NCBI GenBank assembly: GCA_964016885.1 | Contig: OZ024740.1 | Location: 80,290,001 to 80,354,000, forward strand | Length of the DNA: 64,000 nt | Direction of reading: 5' to 3' | Source: Eledone cirrhosa | Lineage: Eukaryota | Part shown: positions 48,743 through 61,289 of the stretch, one piece after another | Layout of the letters: each line of letters opens with the position of its first letter | How positions within the stretch are numbered: position 1 is the first letter of the stretch | Program-made: the position numbers and the translations under genes | The notes under the pieces: generated by a model | What the model was told of the DNA's origin: nothing | Databases searched by the model: none | Seen by the model: the letters and a program-made list of their open reading frames with translations, nothing else

Positions 48743-50085
48743 ATATATATATGCAAGGATAAGTGTATCCATGTCTACATTCACACACGCTAACATATAC
48801 ATTTATGACTAATAATTGTCTTTGCAAAAACGATCTAATTTATAATTCTAAGCTAATTTTTTCCTATAGTAATATCATTACTAAGAAGTAATTTGTAATT
48901 CTTCTTTTATCTGTATCTCAATCAGTTATATAATATCTGTCTCTTGAGATTTACAGGTGATGACCTAAAACATCTTTTTTAAATATTGGAAAACTATCTT
49001 TTTTCTGCTACTCTGTATCTGTCATGTTGAATTTACATAACTATCAATATGTATTTAATGATTTATAAACGCACACAGACACACACGCACATACACGTAT
49101 ACACACACACGCACGCACGCACGCGCGCACACACAAATACGAACGCGTCAAGATTTTCTTATTTTTTAAACATCACTGGGTTGCTATTTTCAAATTAAAT
49201 ATCTATATTGGTGAAGTGAATGGTTTCATAGCTGGATATCTTTTCAACTATTAGGCATTCAACGAAAACAAAAATGCTAAATAAATATTATTCGCGTATA
49301 ATTTTATATAATTTGTTGTTAACACATTTAATACTTGTTTAGCATATTAACATTAAATATAATAGGTTATTTTATAATATGATATTTATTGTAAATTTTA
49401 AACGCATTACTGTATGAACAGATGTTCAGCAAATTAACATCAGAATCACCTTAGGGACATAACAAGTACATTAGGGTTTTAGCAAACTAGAATATATTAC
49501 AAATTAAAATACAGAGGTATACGAAAACGGTTTGGAATATAAGCACAATATGAAATGGTAATTTTTGCTACAAGGGAGGACTTACTTGCTTCGGTGAAAT
49601 TATAGAAACTAAAATGAAAATGTAGAAAGAAGTTCGAGGATTTGTTAATTTTGCCGACAACAACAGACTAAATGAATCTATAATATTTACTCATTCTATC
49701 AGCTGGAAATAATTATCAAAATATTCCTTAAATCTTGCTTTACTTATTACCTTTAAAACACAGAAAGAGACAATGGATAATCACAACGTGTGTGTCTATT
49801 ACTCGAGGAAGATCCGGTTGCTTTAACCAACAGTGTAAGTGACTTGGTTTCATCAAAAAAGTATGGTGAAACAACTGGTGATGACATTTTGGGGATATTT
49901 GGCTTCACAAATGGGATTGATCAATGGTGATATACTATATCTCAGATTCTTCCTACACATGCTACAAGAAAACAAATACCCAACACGTTTACACGAAAAT
50001 GTTAATGATGGTGATGGTGATGGTGATGGTGATGTTTTCTAATATTTCATTTGAACAATTATATTTTAATACTGTATACAAGCCG

Positions 50086-50245
50086 GAGACATGGCTGTGT
50101 GGTTAAGGAGTTTGCTTTGTAACCACGGGGGTCTGCGTTCACTCCCACTGTGGTGCTTCTTGGCCATGAGTCGTCGGTTATAGATTCAGGTTAACTAATG
50201 CATTAAAAGCCGAACTTGGTAGACAGAAATTCCAGAAGCCTGTTA
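50086..50245 (+). mobile_element. Diverged second tRNA-SINE family
   Basis: TGGCTGTGTGGTTAAG A box and degenerate GTTCACTCCC B box. Confidence 0.55.
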
Positions 50246-50323
50246 TATATGTATATAGCTCACACTCTCTATAAGCGTGAACCTAATACCTTTTACTCCT
50301 GTGTTGTTGTTTTCTTTTACTTT

Positions 50324-50393
<70 letters not shown>

Positions 50394-50540
50394 ATATAGT
50401 TCTTTCTATTCTATTCCAAAATTTGCTCCTATACAAGGGGCAACAACACACACAACAATAATAACATACACGGGGACAACAACAACAACACACATCAACA
50501 ACAGCACACATCAACAACAACAACACCACACACACATTCT

Positions 50541-53290
50541 ATGCTTCTCACCACCACCACAATCTTAACAAACACACAGAAACAGAAAACAGGTAATGAC
50601 AGTAACACAGAAGTAAGGGAAGGCAATGGGATTGCAAGGAGAACGGAGAATATCGATACTGACAGGGAAAATAACCAGGACGAACACACAGACACACAAA
50701 CTAGAGTAGATAATAACAATGATCCAGAGGAAAGAGACAGGAGTAATAATGAGAGATATAGAAACAACCATGAGGCTGTTGGTGGAAATAGAAATAGAAG
50801 CAACACAACTAACAATAACAATAACAATAGTACACATAAAGCAGCAGCCTGGAATTCTACTTTTTATAATCCTTCCAATATGTCCTTCGACCTACGACGA
50901 ATCCACACCACGACTTTAGCTTTTAACAAACGCACACAATTGCCGTCGCAGGTCGATGAAAAAACAGAAGCACAATTTAGTATAACTAGATCTAAACTTA
51001 GAAATATTATAGAACAGTATAGCAAGAAGCAAAATAGAATGGAGACCCAGCAACTGGGAGAAAAATCTGCAAATGGCTTGCGTAAGCTCATGCAGCGCTC
51101 GCGTAATGGAGAGATTGCATGCTTTCCAACAGACAAGTCTGGCAGAATGTCGGTTGACAGTCTGTCAAACTACATCCAGGCAATGCAACCCCACATCACT
51201 AACACAAGAGAAGTAACACCACAAGAGCAGGAGGATATGGAGAAAACCATCAATGCCCATATGATAATGTGGACACACATAATGCAGCCCAATAAAAGGA
51301 CTCCCAACAACTTCCAGGCCTGGAACAATGACGTGCCAGCGTTGTATGGGCTTCGAAAAGACCATAAGACGAGCAGTGGCCCTGTCACAGGACCACCAAC
51401 ACGGCCAGTCTGTGGAGCTAACATTGCTAGTAACTACACACTTTCCTACTTCCTCTCCCTGATCATACGCCCCATCATTGAAATGTCCCCAGATATATGT
51501 GACAGCACTGAGGACCTCCTCAACGGAATCAGCGAAAATAACCGATCTAGGGACCTAACAAACTGCATAATAGGTAGTATGGATGTTGTGTCCCTGTATC
51601 CATCAATTGACGGGGGTTTTGCTGTGGAGAAATGCGTAGAAATGATCAGTGAGAGCAATGTTGAATTCCGTGGGATTGATACGAGTGAGCTGGGACTCCT
51701 ACTTAAACTTACCTATAGTAATGATTATCTAGATACGTATGACCTTAGCAACCTGTGCCCTACAAGACCAGCAAGAGGCAGACCACCTACCATTACCTCA
51801 ATGGCCAAGAAAACCCACACAGAAAGATGGAACGGGTGGAACAGAGCCATACGGACCCCTGAAAACCACGATGAACTAAAGAAATGATTGCACATGCGGT
51901 GGGGACCAGTATAAAACTAACCCTTAAGGAACATATGTTCAAATTAATGGAAAAACATATGCCCAAGAGGAGGGAGCAGCCATTGGTGTTAGCATTGCAG
52001 GTGACATAGCTAACCTATTTATTCATGGTATGGTGGGACAATAAACTTAAACTTAAACTTAAAGAACAATTAGAAGACAGCAACCTCTTAACCCTGATAA
52101 TGTACTCCCGCTACGTTGATGATATAAAGATCGTAGTAAAAACACCCCCACTATAGAACAGTCAGGAATTAGAGAAAAACACCATGGAAAGCATCCATCA
52201 AATAGCTAACTCGATCCGCCAGAGTATTAGAGTTACTACAGACTACCCAAGAAAACACCCCAACCATCAATAACCTGTACTAGACAGAGAGCTCTGGTTA
52301 GAAACCATTAATAACAAAAAACAAATCCTCCATTCCCATTATGCCAAACCCATGACTTCCAAATATCTGATCCACCGAAACTCAGCTGTTTCGGATCACA
52401 CCAAAATCAATATTCTGATTGCGGATTTGGTACGGGTGATGAGAAACGTGTCTCGCATGTGCAACCCCAAAGAACTAGAGAGACACATACAACACTTCAT
52501 CCACCGTATGCAGTTCTCTGGTTACAATCAGAGAGATAAAATCAGAGTATATAGAGGAGCCAGAAGCAAATGGGAAAAAAATGGTAAATAATGATACAAA
52601 TGGGACCTGCCCCTTGTATAGGTGCACATTTTGGAATAGAATAGAAAGAACTAGGAATAAGGTTAATAGAATAAACTCATGGTATGATAGCAATAAATAC
52701 CAGAGTGTAATATTCATCAATACAACCCCTAGAGGTGAATTAGCTTACAAATTTAGAAGGCCCCTAGATAAACTTAAACTAAATATTAAGATAGTAGAAA
52801 GACCAGGTACCTCCATAAAACACTTATTAGTAATACATACCCTTTTCAAAGACCTCCCTGTATAGATAAGAAATGCATAATCTGTAAACTAAACCCCCAT
52901 ATTAACTGTAAAACTAGAAATGTAGTACATAGCATAAGATGTACTGAAGGACAATGTAAAGATAAGAATATAGTGTACATAGGTGAGACAGCTCGTAGTA
53001 TAGGAGAACGGTTAAATGAACACTGGCGAGAGCTTCAAGATAAAAAAGAATCTTCAATACTCCACCAACATGCTAAAATAGAACATAAGGGCAAATTAGA
53101 GAACATAGAAATAAAAATAGATTCTACACACAGAAAAGACGCAATGTTTAGACAAATCACAGAGACAATAAACATAAATGAACTCCAACCAAAATTAAAT
53201 AGAAAACATGAATGGAATAGCAACATCACAACTACTTTAGGTGTGACAACATCCAATTGCTTGAACTGCACTACACCACTTTATAGTTAA
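50541..53290 (+). pseudogene. Penelope-like element (PLE4) RT + GIY-YIG ORF, multiply frameshifted
   Basis: PTDKSG, LYGLRKDHK, PTRPV, GSMDVVSLYPSI, QEEGAAIG, RYVDDI, YIGETARSIGERLNEH and RQITE..I..LQPKLNRKHEW. Confidence 0.9.
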
Positions 53291-54515
53291 TTTAAGCATT
53301 GAATTGATTGTCTTGTTGGTGCTGTGCGGAGGAAGTGCCATCCTTGGACAAATGAAAAACGAATTAATCTAGTAACGCTGATGAGCAGTATGACCGGTAC
53401 GCTGGGTGCAGGGAATGAATATATTGCAAGTGGCGTATGCGTTGTACATATATGGATGATTTGATGGTCAGATTGGAGTCATGAGGACTGTGGATTGACC
53501 TCTGGTAGGCCCTGGTGATAATTATCTTTCGACATCCAATGTAGCAAGCAATGACCCAGAACTTACCAGAGATCATTGTGCGTTGAAGTGATTCTGCAAT
53601 CACCGTGCCTGGTTCTGGGAGTAGACTGCAATCACAAAGATCATTAATTTAGAATTCTCGCTCGTCGTGTATGATATTCATTTGTGGCACTCAACGATGG
53701 GGGTTAATCACCATAATAAGAACACCTTCAGCACAACTTAATAGACTACTCTATAGTTAAAACACTTTAAATTTTAGAAATTTTTTAGAAATTGCGCATA
53801 ACCATATAAGTTAGGGTCTATTTTGAGACACAATTTAATAGTTAGTAATAAAAACCACGGAGTTACCTCCCCTCATGCATTAACTCCCCTTAGCCACACA
53901 CACACTTCCTGGTAGTATTTCGATGCCGATTCTCGAAACGTAACATCCTCCTGTATTGAGCTAAAGAACATCAGACTACTATTCTCTAACTGGATTGTCA
54001 AACGCCCAATATCGAATCGTCGTGGATTATGTGAGGGGCATATCATCTGAAAAATACGCTCCACAGACTATGAACATGTCGAAATGCATGAAATCCATAT
54101 CATCGCTTCGCTGCGCATTTCCAATATGTTTAATGCTTACACTATTTTTAATACTTATATTATTTCTCCACACACATGCTATAACAATCATATAAAGAAT
54201 TCATCACCAAATCAACCACCTTAACACTCTCGATTACCTGCTTAAGTGCTTCTACTACACGTAACTCTCTGCCACACTATATAAACAAGACGCACGTGCT
54301 TGCCACACATATAACCTTTACACTATATAACCGCTTAATTTCATGTTGTATTTTAACCTGTATCTTTGATTGTATCTTTTAACATGAATGTAATCTCTAA
54401 GTGTGTACTGCCACTCTAAATATTATAATGAATGTTGACCCACAATATTTGCATATGTATCTGTATGTCTCTTGGGTGAAAAGGAGGTCATATAAGTGTT
54501 CATTCAATAATAAAT

Positions 54516-54562
54516 TGCTCCGAATAATCCAAACCTCGGTTTGGAGGAAACAGTTGTAAGCA
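54516..54562 (+). ncRNA. Degenerate hammerhead of the PLE1 pseudo-LTR family
   Basis: TGCT CCGAATA aTCCAAAC-ctcg-GTTTGGAg GAAA CAGTTG TA AGCA, collinear with 3415-3459. Confidence 0.5.
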
Positions 54563-55999
54563 TAAAAATGTTCTGAACAGTTCTTTGATTCTTATAATTC
54601 ATATATATATATGTATATATATTGTTATACTTGGGGAGGGTCATATTGTTGTAACAATATTGCCAGAAATAATAACAGAACACATTCACTGTTTGGTTGG
54701 TTTTCGCTTCTGTATCTTTTATATCTCCATAGTTAATTTATTTGGCAATCAATGTTTATCATTGACTGACCAACGGTTAAAAATACAGATACAAATATAT
54801 ATATAGTCTAACAAAGTTCTTTCGTTGCACATCTACAACATCACCAGTGGTACTATTACCATGTTCCCTCCTATTATACTGCATTGTAATGTTTACGCCA
54901 TTTTTATTTTATTTATTTATTTTTGTATATATATATATACAAAAATACTATGTGACCGAAACTATGCTTACGTTTGTGTCTATGTTTTTGTCCTGTAAAA
55001 AAGTGATCGATAAAATATTTGGTGTGATATAATCGACTAAATCAAGGTGGTGCCCCAGCATGGCTGCAGTCTAATGACTAAAACCAGATAAAGGAATAAA
55101 AGAATAAAGGGAAAAACTAAATTAACAAAGGAAGGTTTGATAAAATACGTCAACTATTTCATAGTTCGTGTAAAGAAACAAGTTGTCTGAAGACAATTAT
55201 TAATTGTTTAGAAATGTGAAAATCACCCCACCTCCATACTTGTTCATTTTAAAGTATTTGTGAAATACTTAAAAATAACATATTGATTCAAGAAAAAAAC
55301 AGATTAAAATCTTATGAATGTGACTTAACATCTGTTAGCAAAATGCATTTCTCTTGAAATTACCCCAAAAAAGAAAAAAAGAAAAAATGGTTTAAATGCT
55401 AATAATATAAAATCTAAATGGAATATCGTTTATGGTAGTTGCTGTGATTCGGCTGGTCTGTTTATTTAATTTTAATAGATTTTTTTCATATTATAGGATA
55501 AAGAATTGAAGAACAGATTTAAATAAAGTGTGTTTTTGACATACAGAAAATTGAAATTGACTAATGTCTGGCGTTTGAGGTGAAACATTTATATAAACAT
55601 TGATACAAATAAGCAATAATATCTAACTAGCATTGTGGAAAATACTTTAATATCAGAGAATTCAGGTTAAGTTCCAGTTAAACTTGTTTATCTTCTAAGC
55701 CAAAACATATTCAAGATGAAGTGTATATGCCCCATTGAACGATTAACGTTGTTCTTGTTGTTCCAGGTGCAGAGCTATTATCAAATATATTCTAGCTACG
55801 ACCATACTATCTTAATTTCAAATAGTATATCTTGATCTACAACTGTCCCTATTGCTTGCAAAAAAGTGGACTCCTCTAAAGACACATAGGAGCAAGGTGG
55901 GAGTATTAAATGGGTGATCGATTAAGTCTATCCTTCAAATAAAACAGCGAACTTTAAACTCAGAAAACAAAGAACCGGAACAAATAGTACCGTGTCATA

Positions 56000-58900
56000 T
56001 CGGACGATATGAACGGCATCCGAGTGGAACGGGCATCCGAGTCCCAGATACAAAAAGCTTTGGGATATGTTTGGGCTCAAAAAACCCACATCAGACGTGG
56101 GCAAAATATGGAAACGTGGACGTGTTCTTTGGAACCCCACAGGAAGCCAGAGAGCACCCCATGGCCCCATTAAAAAGTGACGAGTTCACACTCGTCCCAA
56201 GCTATTGTGATCAGAGGCTGGTAAGGTTAGCGTGACCCAGGTTCCGCCGGCCATTGAAATTCCATGGCTGCCGTCCTCGCCGATATTGAGGCCGACACCA
56301 AAATAATTGTGGTGATAAACGTAAAGCAGAACTGGTCCTGATCTGGGATGGAACTCCTGATCCAAGCGGACCAAAAAAACATACAGGAAATTCCAGAGGT
56401 GATAGACCTCAATGACGACGGGCACATCACCGTAATCGTTGAGGGTAGAAGGCCTAGGCGTATCGTTTGTGGCGAAGGAACCCACCTAAAGGCTTTCTAC
56501 CCTCAGTATAAAAAGTTGAGGCCACCTCTCCTACCCACCCCAGTGAGTCAACCATCAAAACCAGCAGCAGAAATGGCAGCAACAACTGTAGCACCACCAA
56601 CAGAAGCAAGTGTGGCAGCAACAACTCCAGCAACTGTAGCAGCAACAGTAGCAAAGCCAACACCACCACCACCCACCGCGCCAGAATTAGCACCAACGCC
56701 TCCACCATCCACCACGCCACAACCAAAACCAACGCCCGTGGAGGATTTTACCTGACCTATCGCAACTGGAGACACATTGTGACGACGAGGAGGAGTGGGA
56801 AACTGTAACTGGAAAAAAGAAAAAAAAAAAGAAACCCCAAAAGAAAAAAAATCCACTTCCTTCGCCCTCCAAAACCAAAATGCAGGGCGAAACAAACAAA
56901 CTAACAATAAAAGTTAAGACACCACCCACACCAGCATCACCAGCCCCATCACCACAAACACCAACACCATCACCATCATCAACCCCAACACCACTATCAC
57001 CAACACCACAAAAATCACCAACAAGCGAAATAGAAACAAACCCACAACAAACGCAAACAAAACAAAGCAACCAAAACGATACACACTACACGGCATCAAA
57101 TTTGAACAACAACCAATTTTTACACTACATCCAACACAACACCAGCATCACAGAAAAAGTCTATACAACACCCCAAAAATTCACCCCCCCCACACATACA
57201 AATCACTCGCATCACACAGAAAACGTACACGACACTAAAATTAAAATTCCCCAAGGACATCGATGACTTCCGACAAACACTCTCCAGGAGGATTTATAAA
57301 GACACCCTTCCGGAGGGGGCCACAAATAGTGAGAAGGACGGAAAAAACCATCCTTCCTCCACAAGAAGTGAAGTAAGTGGTCTTTCCCATCCTTTTTCAC
57401 TCCTTTTCAACATGACCTTACTAAGAATAGGCAGCATAAACGCGCGTGGTCTAGGGGTCATCATGGAAGCAGGGCGACCTGCTCAACGACCCAGGTCACT
57501 AAATATAGATGTGGTGGCCATCAGCGAGAGCAGAATCTCCGAAGCACGGGCCTTCGCACCGATCTTCGGCAGCTACGATGTATACGCATCTCCCAGCCGT
57601 CCAGGATCGGGAGGAGTTGCTGTGCTTTTTCGGAGAGGCTTGGATCTCGCCATGCGGGCCATCTTCCTGGACCCAGAAGGTAAGTCGGTGGTGCTGGACG
57701 TGACCGGCAGCGAATGCAATGCTTTCGGGCTAGTAGCCGTCTACGCACCAACAGGGGCAGGACGGCGAGATTTCTTCAGACGTCTAGAGACCTTTCTTGG
57801 AGCGTCCCGCTCTTTAGTGTTAGTGGGCGACTGGAACGGTATCTTAGATGCACGCTGGGATTATGTGGGGCTCGTAGACAGGGCAGGAGGTTGTAAAAGC
57901 CTCAGCAACCTGCTCAGACGTTTTGAACTGTCTGACAGGTATAGACTGGATCATCCGAATGTGCCAATGTAGACATGGGCAAACCGCATCGGGCCATCCA
58001 GATCGTATTTAGATAGAGTATCCTGTAGGGAAACAGATAAGGCTAGTGTAAGTTGTCCACAATTTAAAGTAGTCGACTACACGGACCACAAATATGTGAT
58101 CTGTGAAGTTGACGTAGATAGACTCCATAGGCAAGGGCCCGGCTACTGGAAGCCGAACTCGTCGTTCCCTGCGCGCAAAGCTTACGTAGACTGGATTAGC
58201 GAATTAGTTAAGCGTGCGTTGGCGGGTGCGATCGTCAACAACAGGTTGTGGTTTACCCTGAGAAGGGCTATTAGAGTAGAATCGATAAGGTTTAGCAAAG
58301 GAGTAGTGATAGAGGAAAATAGAGTAGAGGGAGAGTTAGTTAGAAAGCTACAAGAGGCGTTTAGGATAAGCATCGCAACTGACGTGCTTGCGGCGAGATT
58401 GGCACTCGACCAATTCTTCAACGCAAAGCATGAAGGCTGCGTTGTCAGAACTAGACACGTGCTCTAAGACACGAGGGGACGAAAGCCGTTCAATGGGCCC
58501 GGGTGGTGGAGGCGCGACGTGGCAAGTTCACAATTCAGTTTTTGCCTGATCAAAACTGGTGCATATTGCTCGAACCCGAGCAGATGTGTGTGGCTTTTCA
58601 ACAGCACTTTGCTCAATTGTTCGGGAGCGGCCTCGGGCCGGTTCAGAGTATGGACTTCGGTGCATACCTCGACGGACTGCCACGGCTCTCGACGACCGCA
58701 GCGCAGTGCTGCGAAAATCCAATAACAGCCGGCGAAATACGGGAAGCGATGTCTGACTGCATGAGGGGTAAATCGCCAGGATTGGATGGTCTCCACTATG
58801 AGCTTTATGAGTATATGCCAGACCTCTTCGGCGACCTCTTGGCAGATGTCTACTGCAACTGGCAGCAGAACAGGAGCATTCCAAATTTTGTGAGCCGAGG

Positions 58901-61075
58901 AGCGGTGGCACTGCTGAGAAAAGACCCGAACAAGTGGGGCGTTATAGACAACTTCAGGCCCCAAACTCTGCTAAACGTAGATTTTAAGATTTTAGTCCAA
59001 GGGTTAACAAAGAGATTGGCGCTTGCCGTCTGTGATCTGGTGGGAGAGGCCCAGATATGCGCCATTTCGGACAGATCCATCCACAACAACCTCGATCTCA
59101 TGCGATACATCATAGAGAGGGTGGTCAAGGAACCTGGCACGGGTGGGGCCCTGATCAACTTGGATCAATCTAAAGCATTTGATAGGGTAGACCATCGGTA
59201 CCTGGCTGCGGCCCTCGAGGCGGCCGGATTTAGGGACTGGATCGCTGCGATGCACAGCCACATCTGCTCTATTGTGAGGGTGAATGGTCACCTTTCGCAG
59301 CCTTTCAGCATCATGCGCTCAACCCGCCAGGTTTTTCCCCCTCTCTTCCCACTCGTACGTACTGGCCATCGAGCCGTTACTGCACAAATTGCAGACAATG
59401 AGAGGGGTCCCACGAGAACTGGGATGCGGGAGATCCGTGTCAGCTCACGCCGACGACGTCACCGTGGTGGTGTCGAGCACCAAACACGTCCAGATGCTCG
59501 GCACCGGTCTCAAGGAATACGAAGCGGTAACAGGAACAAAGATAAATCAGGAAAAGTCGGTGGGCTTGCAGCTCGGCACCTGGAGAGGCAAGTCCATGCC
59601 GTCCGACAGCGTCACGGGGCGCTGGACGGAAGGACCGGTTAAATTGCTCGGGGTCTGGTTCGGTCCGGACCTCCAGATGGAGAAAAACAGGACCGAGGTG
59701 ACGAGCAGGGTGGCCTCTCTCACCCAGAAATAGGCCAAGGGGTGGATGTCTCTGAAAGGTCGGGTGGAAGTGGCGAATGCGTACATCGCGTCCGTCATCT
59801 GCTACCGCCTAACCCTCGTACCTTGCCCCCGCTCAACTCTAACCAAACTGGAACGCCTTCTCTTCCGCTTTTTGTGGAAGGGACGTGCTACCATGGTCAG
59901 ACGATCCATTTGCTGTTAACACCCGTTGCGTGGGGACTAGGCATGCCGTGGCTGATGATGCGCAAACGTGCGCTGAGGCTGCGACATCTCTGGTGCTTCC
60001 TTGACGGTGAACAGGCGTGGTCGCCGTTTGCCAGACGCGCTTTTCCCCAGCTCGTCTCCTTGACGGAGCTGCAGTCCTGGATCAGGAAAAGACCGAGGGA
60101 TAGCGCTTGGAAGCTGGAATGTATCCAAGCGGTCACCGCCCTCTACCAGCTGGGCACTAGTATCGGTGGAACATCCACCTCGGCGTTCTATAGAGGGCTA
60201 GTGGGGGGAAAGAGCGACGACGTTTTCGGGGAGACTCTGGTCGTCGAGACGATCAGCTGTTCCCCTCTTCAAGAGAACTTTCAGACCGGGGCCTATGGAC
60301 AACTTCCAGAAATCCCTGGCCTGGCAGTGCTACCGGGGAGCGTTGCCAGTTCGGGATAAGCTCTACAGGCACGGAAGTGCCGTCAGCCGAGACTGTCCGA
60401 GATGCGCGCAAGGCGACCGTCCTACACGCACTCGTTCAGTGCCCGAGGATTGCTGACTTGTGGAGTTATGTCGAACAGTTGCTGTCGCGTGTAGGACAGA
60501 TCCGGTTATCGACTGAATCCATTGTACAGATAGCCCCGCCATCCTCCTTTAAAGAGGAGGAATGGCAGGCAGTTTTCATCTGCCTGGTGGCAATGGCGAA
60601 AGAGATTGTGTGGTGGACAAGGCTGAAAGGGTTGAAGACGGACACTTTCCTCTCCAGCCAATCCCTGATTAACTTTTTCAAGTTTCATTTGAAGAGGAAA
60701 ATCAGGGTGGAGAGGCAAGTGTTGTCTTCTAGTAAGTTTGTTGAAAGGTGGGTGAAAGTGGCGAGACTGGTCCGAATGAACGGGCACGCTCTGAGTATGC
60801 GCCTGTTGACTGAGGAGTGGGAAAACTGAGAGACGGCGCTTGCCATGGTGGTCAGGGTGGCCGTGGTATTTTTTGTGCGGTTTTCGCTACGAGTGACCCT
60901 CGGAGGTTTTCCCCTTTTTGGGGAATTTTTGTTTGAATTTTTTAAATTTCTATCCCGATTTCTATCTTGTTATAACCTATTTACACGACCCAAACCCACT
61001 TTGTATCGTCCTGTACTGTTCTGTGCCGTCTGTAATGTTTTTCTTCGTGTTAGACCATGTGGCCAATAAAGAAAG
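56000..61075 (+). mobile_element. Tx1/L1-group LINE, decayed: ORF1 remnant, APE endonuclease, RT, CCHC finger
   Basis: Broken knuckle VCGEGTHLKAF; ORF2 from 57412 (GSINARGL, AISES, VYAP, LVGDWN, TDH); KSPGLDGL, NFRPQTLLNVDFKIL, LDQSKAFDRVDH, AHADDV, CPRC..TVLHALVQCP; AATAAA then (ATT)n. 5' boundary approximate. Confidence 0.9.
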
Positions 61076-61099
61076 CATTATTATTATTATTATTATTAT

Positions 61100-61283
61100 C
61101 GGTGGTTTGGCAGTATCGGTAGAGGGTCGGATGCCGTGCTTTCCATCATAGTTACGTCCCTTAACGATCTTAGTTCAAATCCCGCCGCGGTTGACTTTCC
61201 CTTTCATCATTACGGGGTCGATAAAATAAAGTAACAGTAATGCACTGGGTAATTGCTGGCCTTGTGCCAAAAGTAGAAACAAT
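61100..61283 (+). mobile_element. tRNA-derived SINE
   Basis: Matches 34301-34485. Confidence 0.85.
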
Positions 61284-61289
61284 TATTAT

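Noticed and set aside
49500-50010. Possible host exon or transposase remnant
   Set aside because: Stops in the frames examined and no motif I can identify.
53374-53443. AACG CTGATGA GCAGTAT..ATATTGC..CGTT downstream of PLE4
   Set aside because: The GAAA half is missing; likely a degenerate pseudo-LTR HHR.
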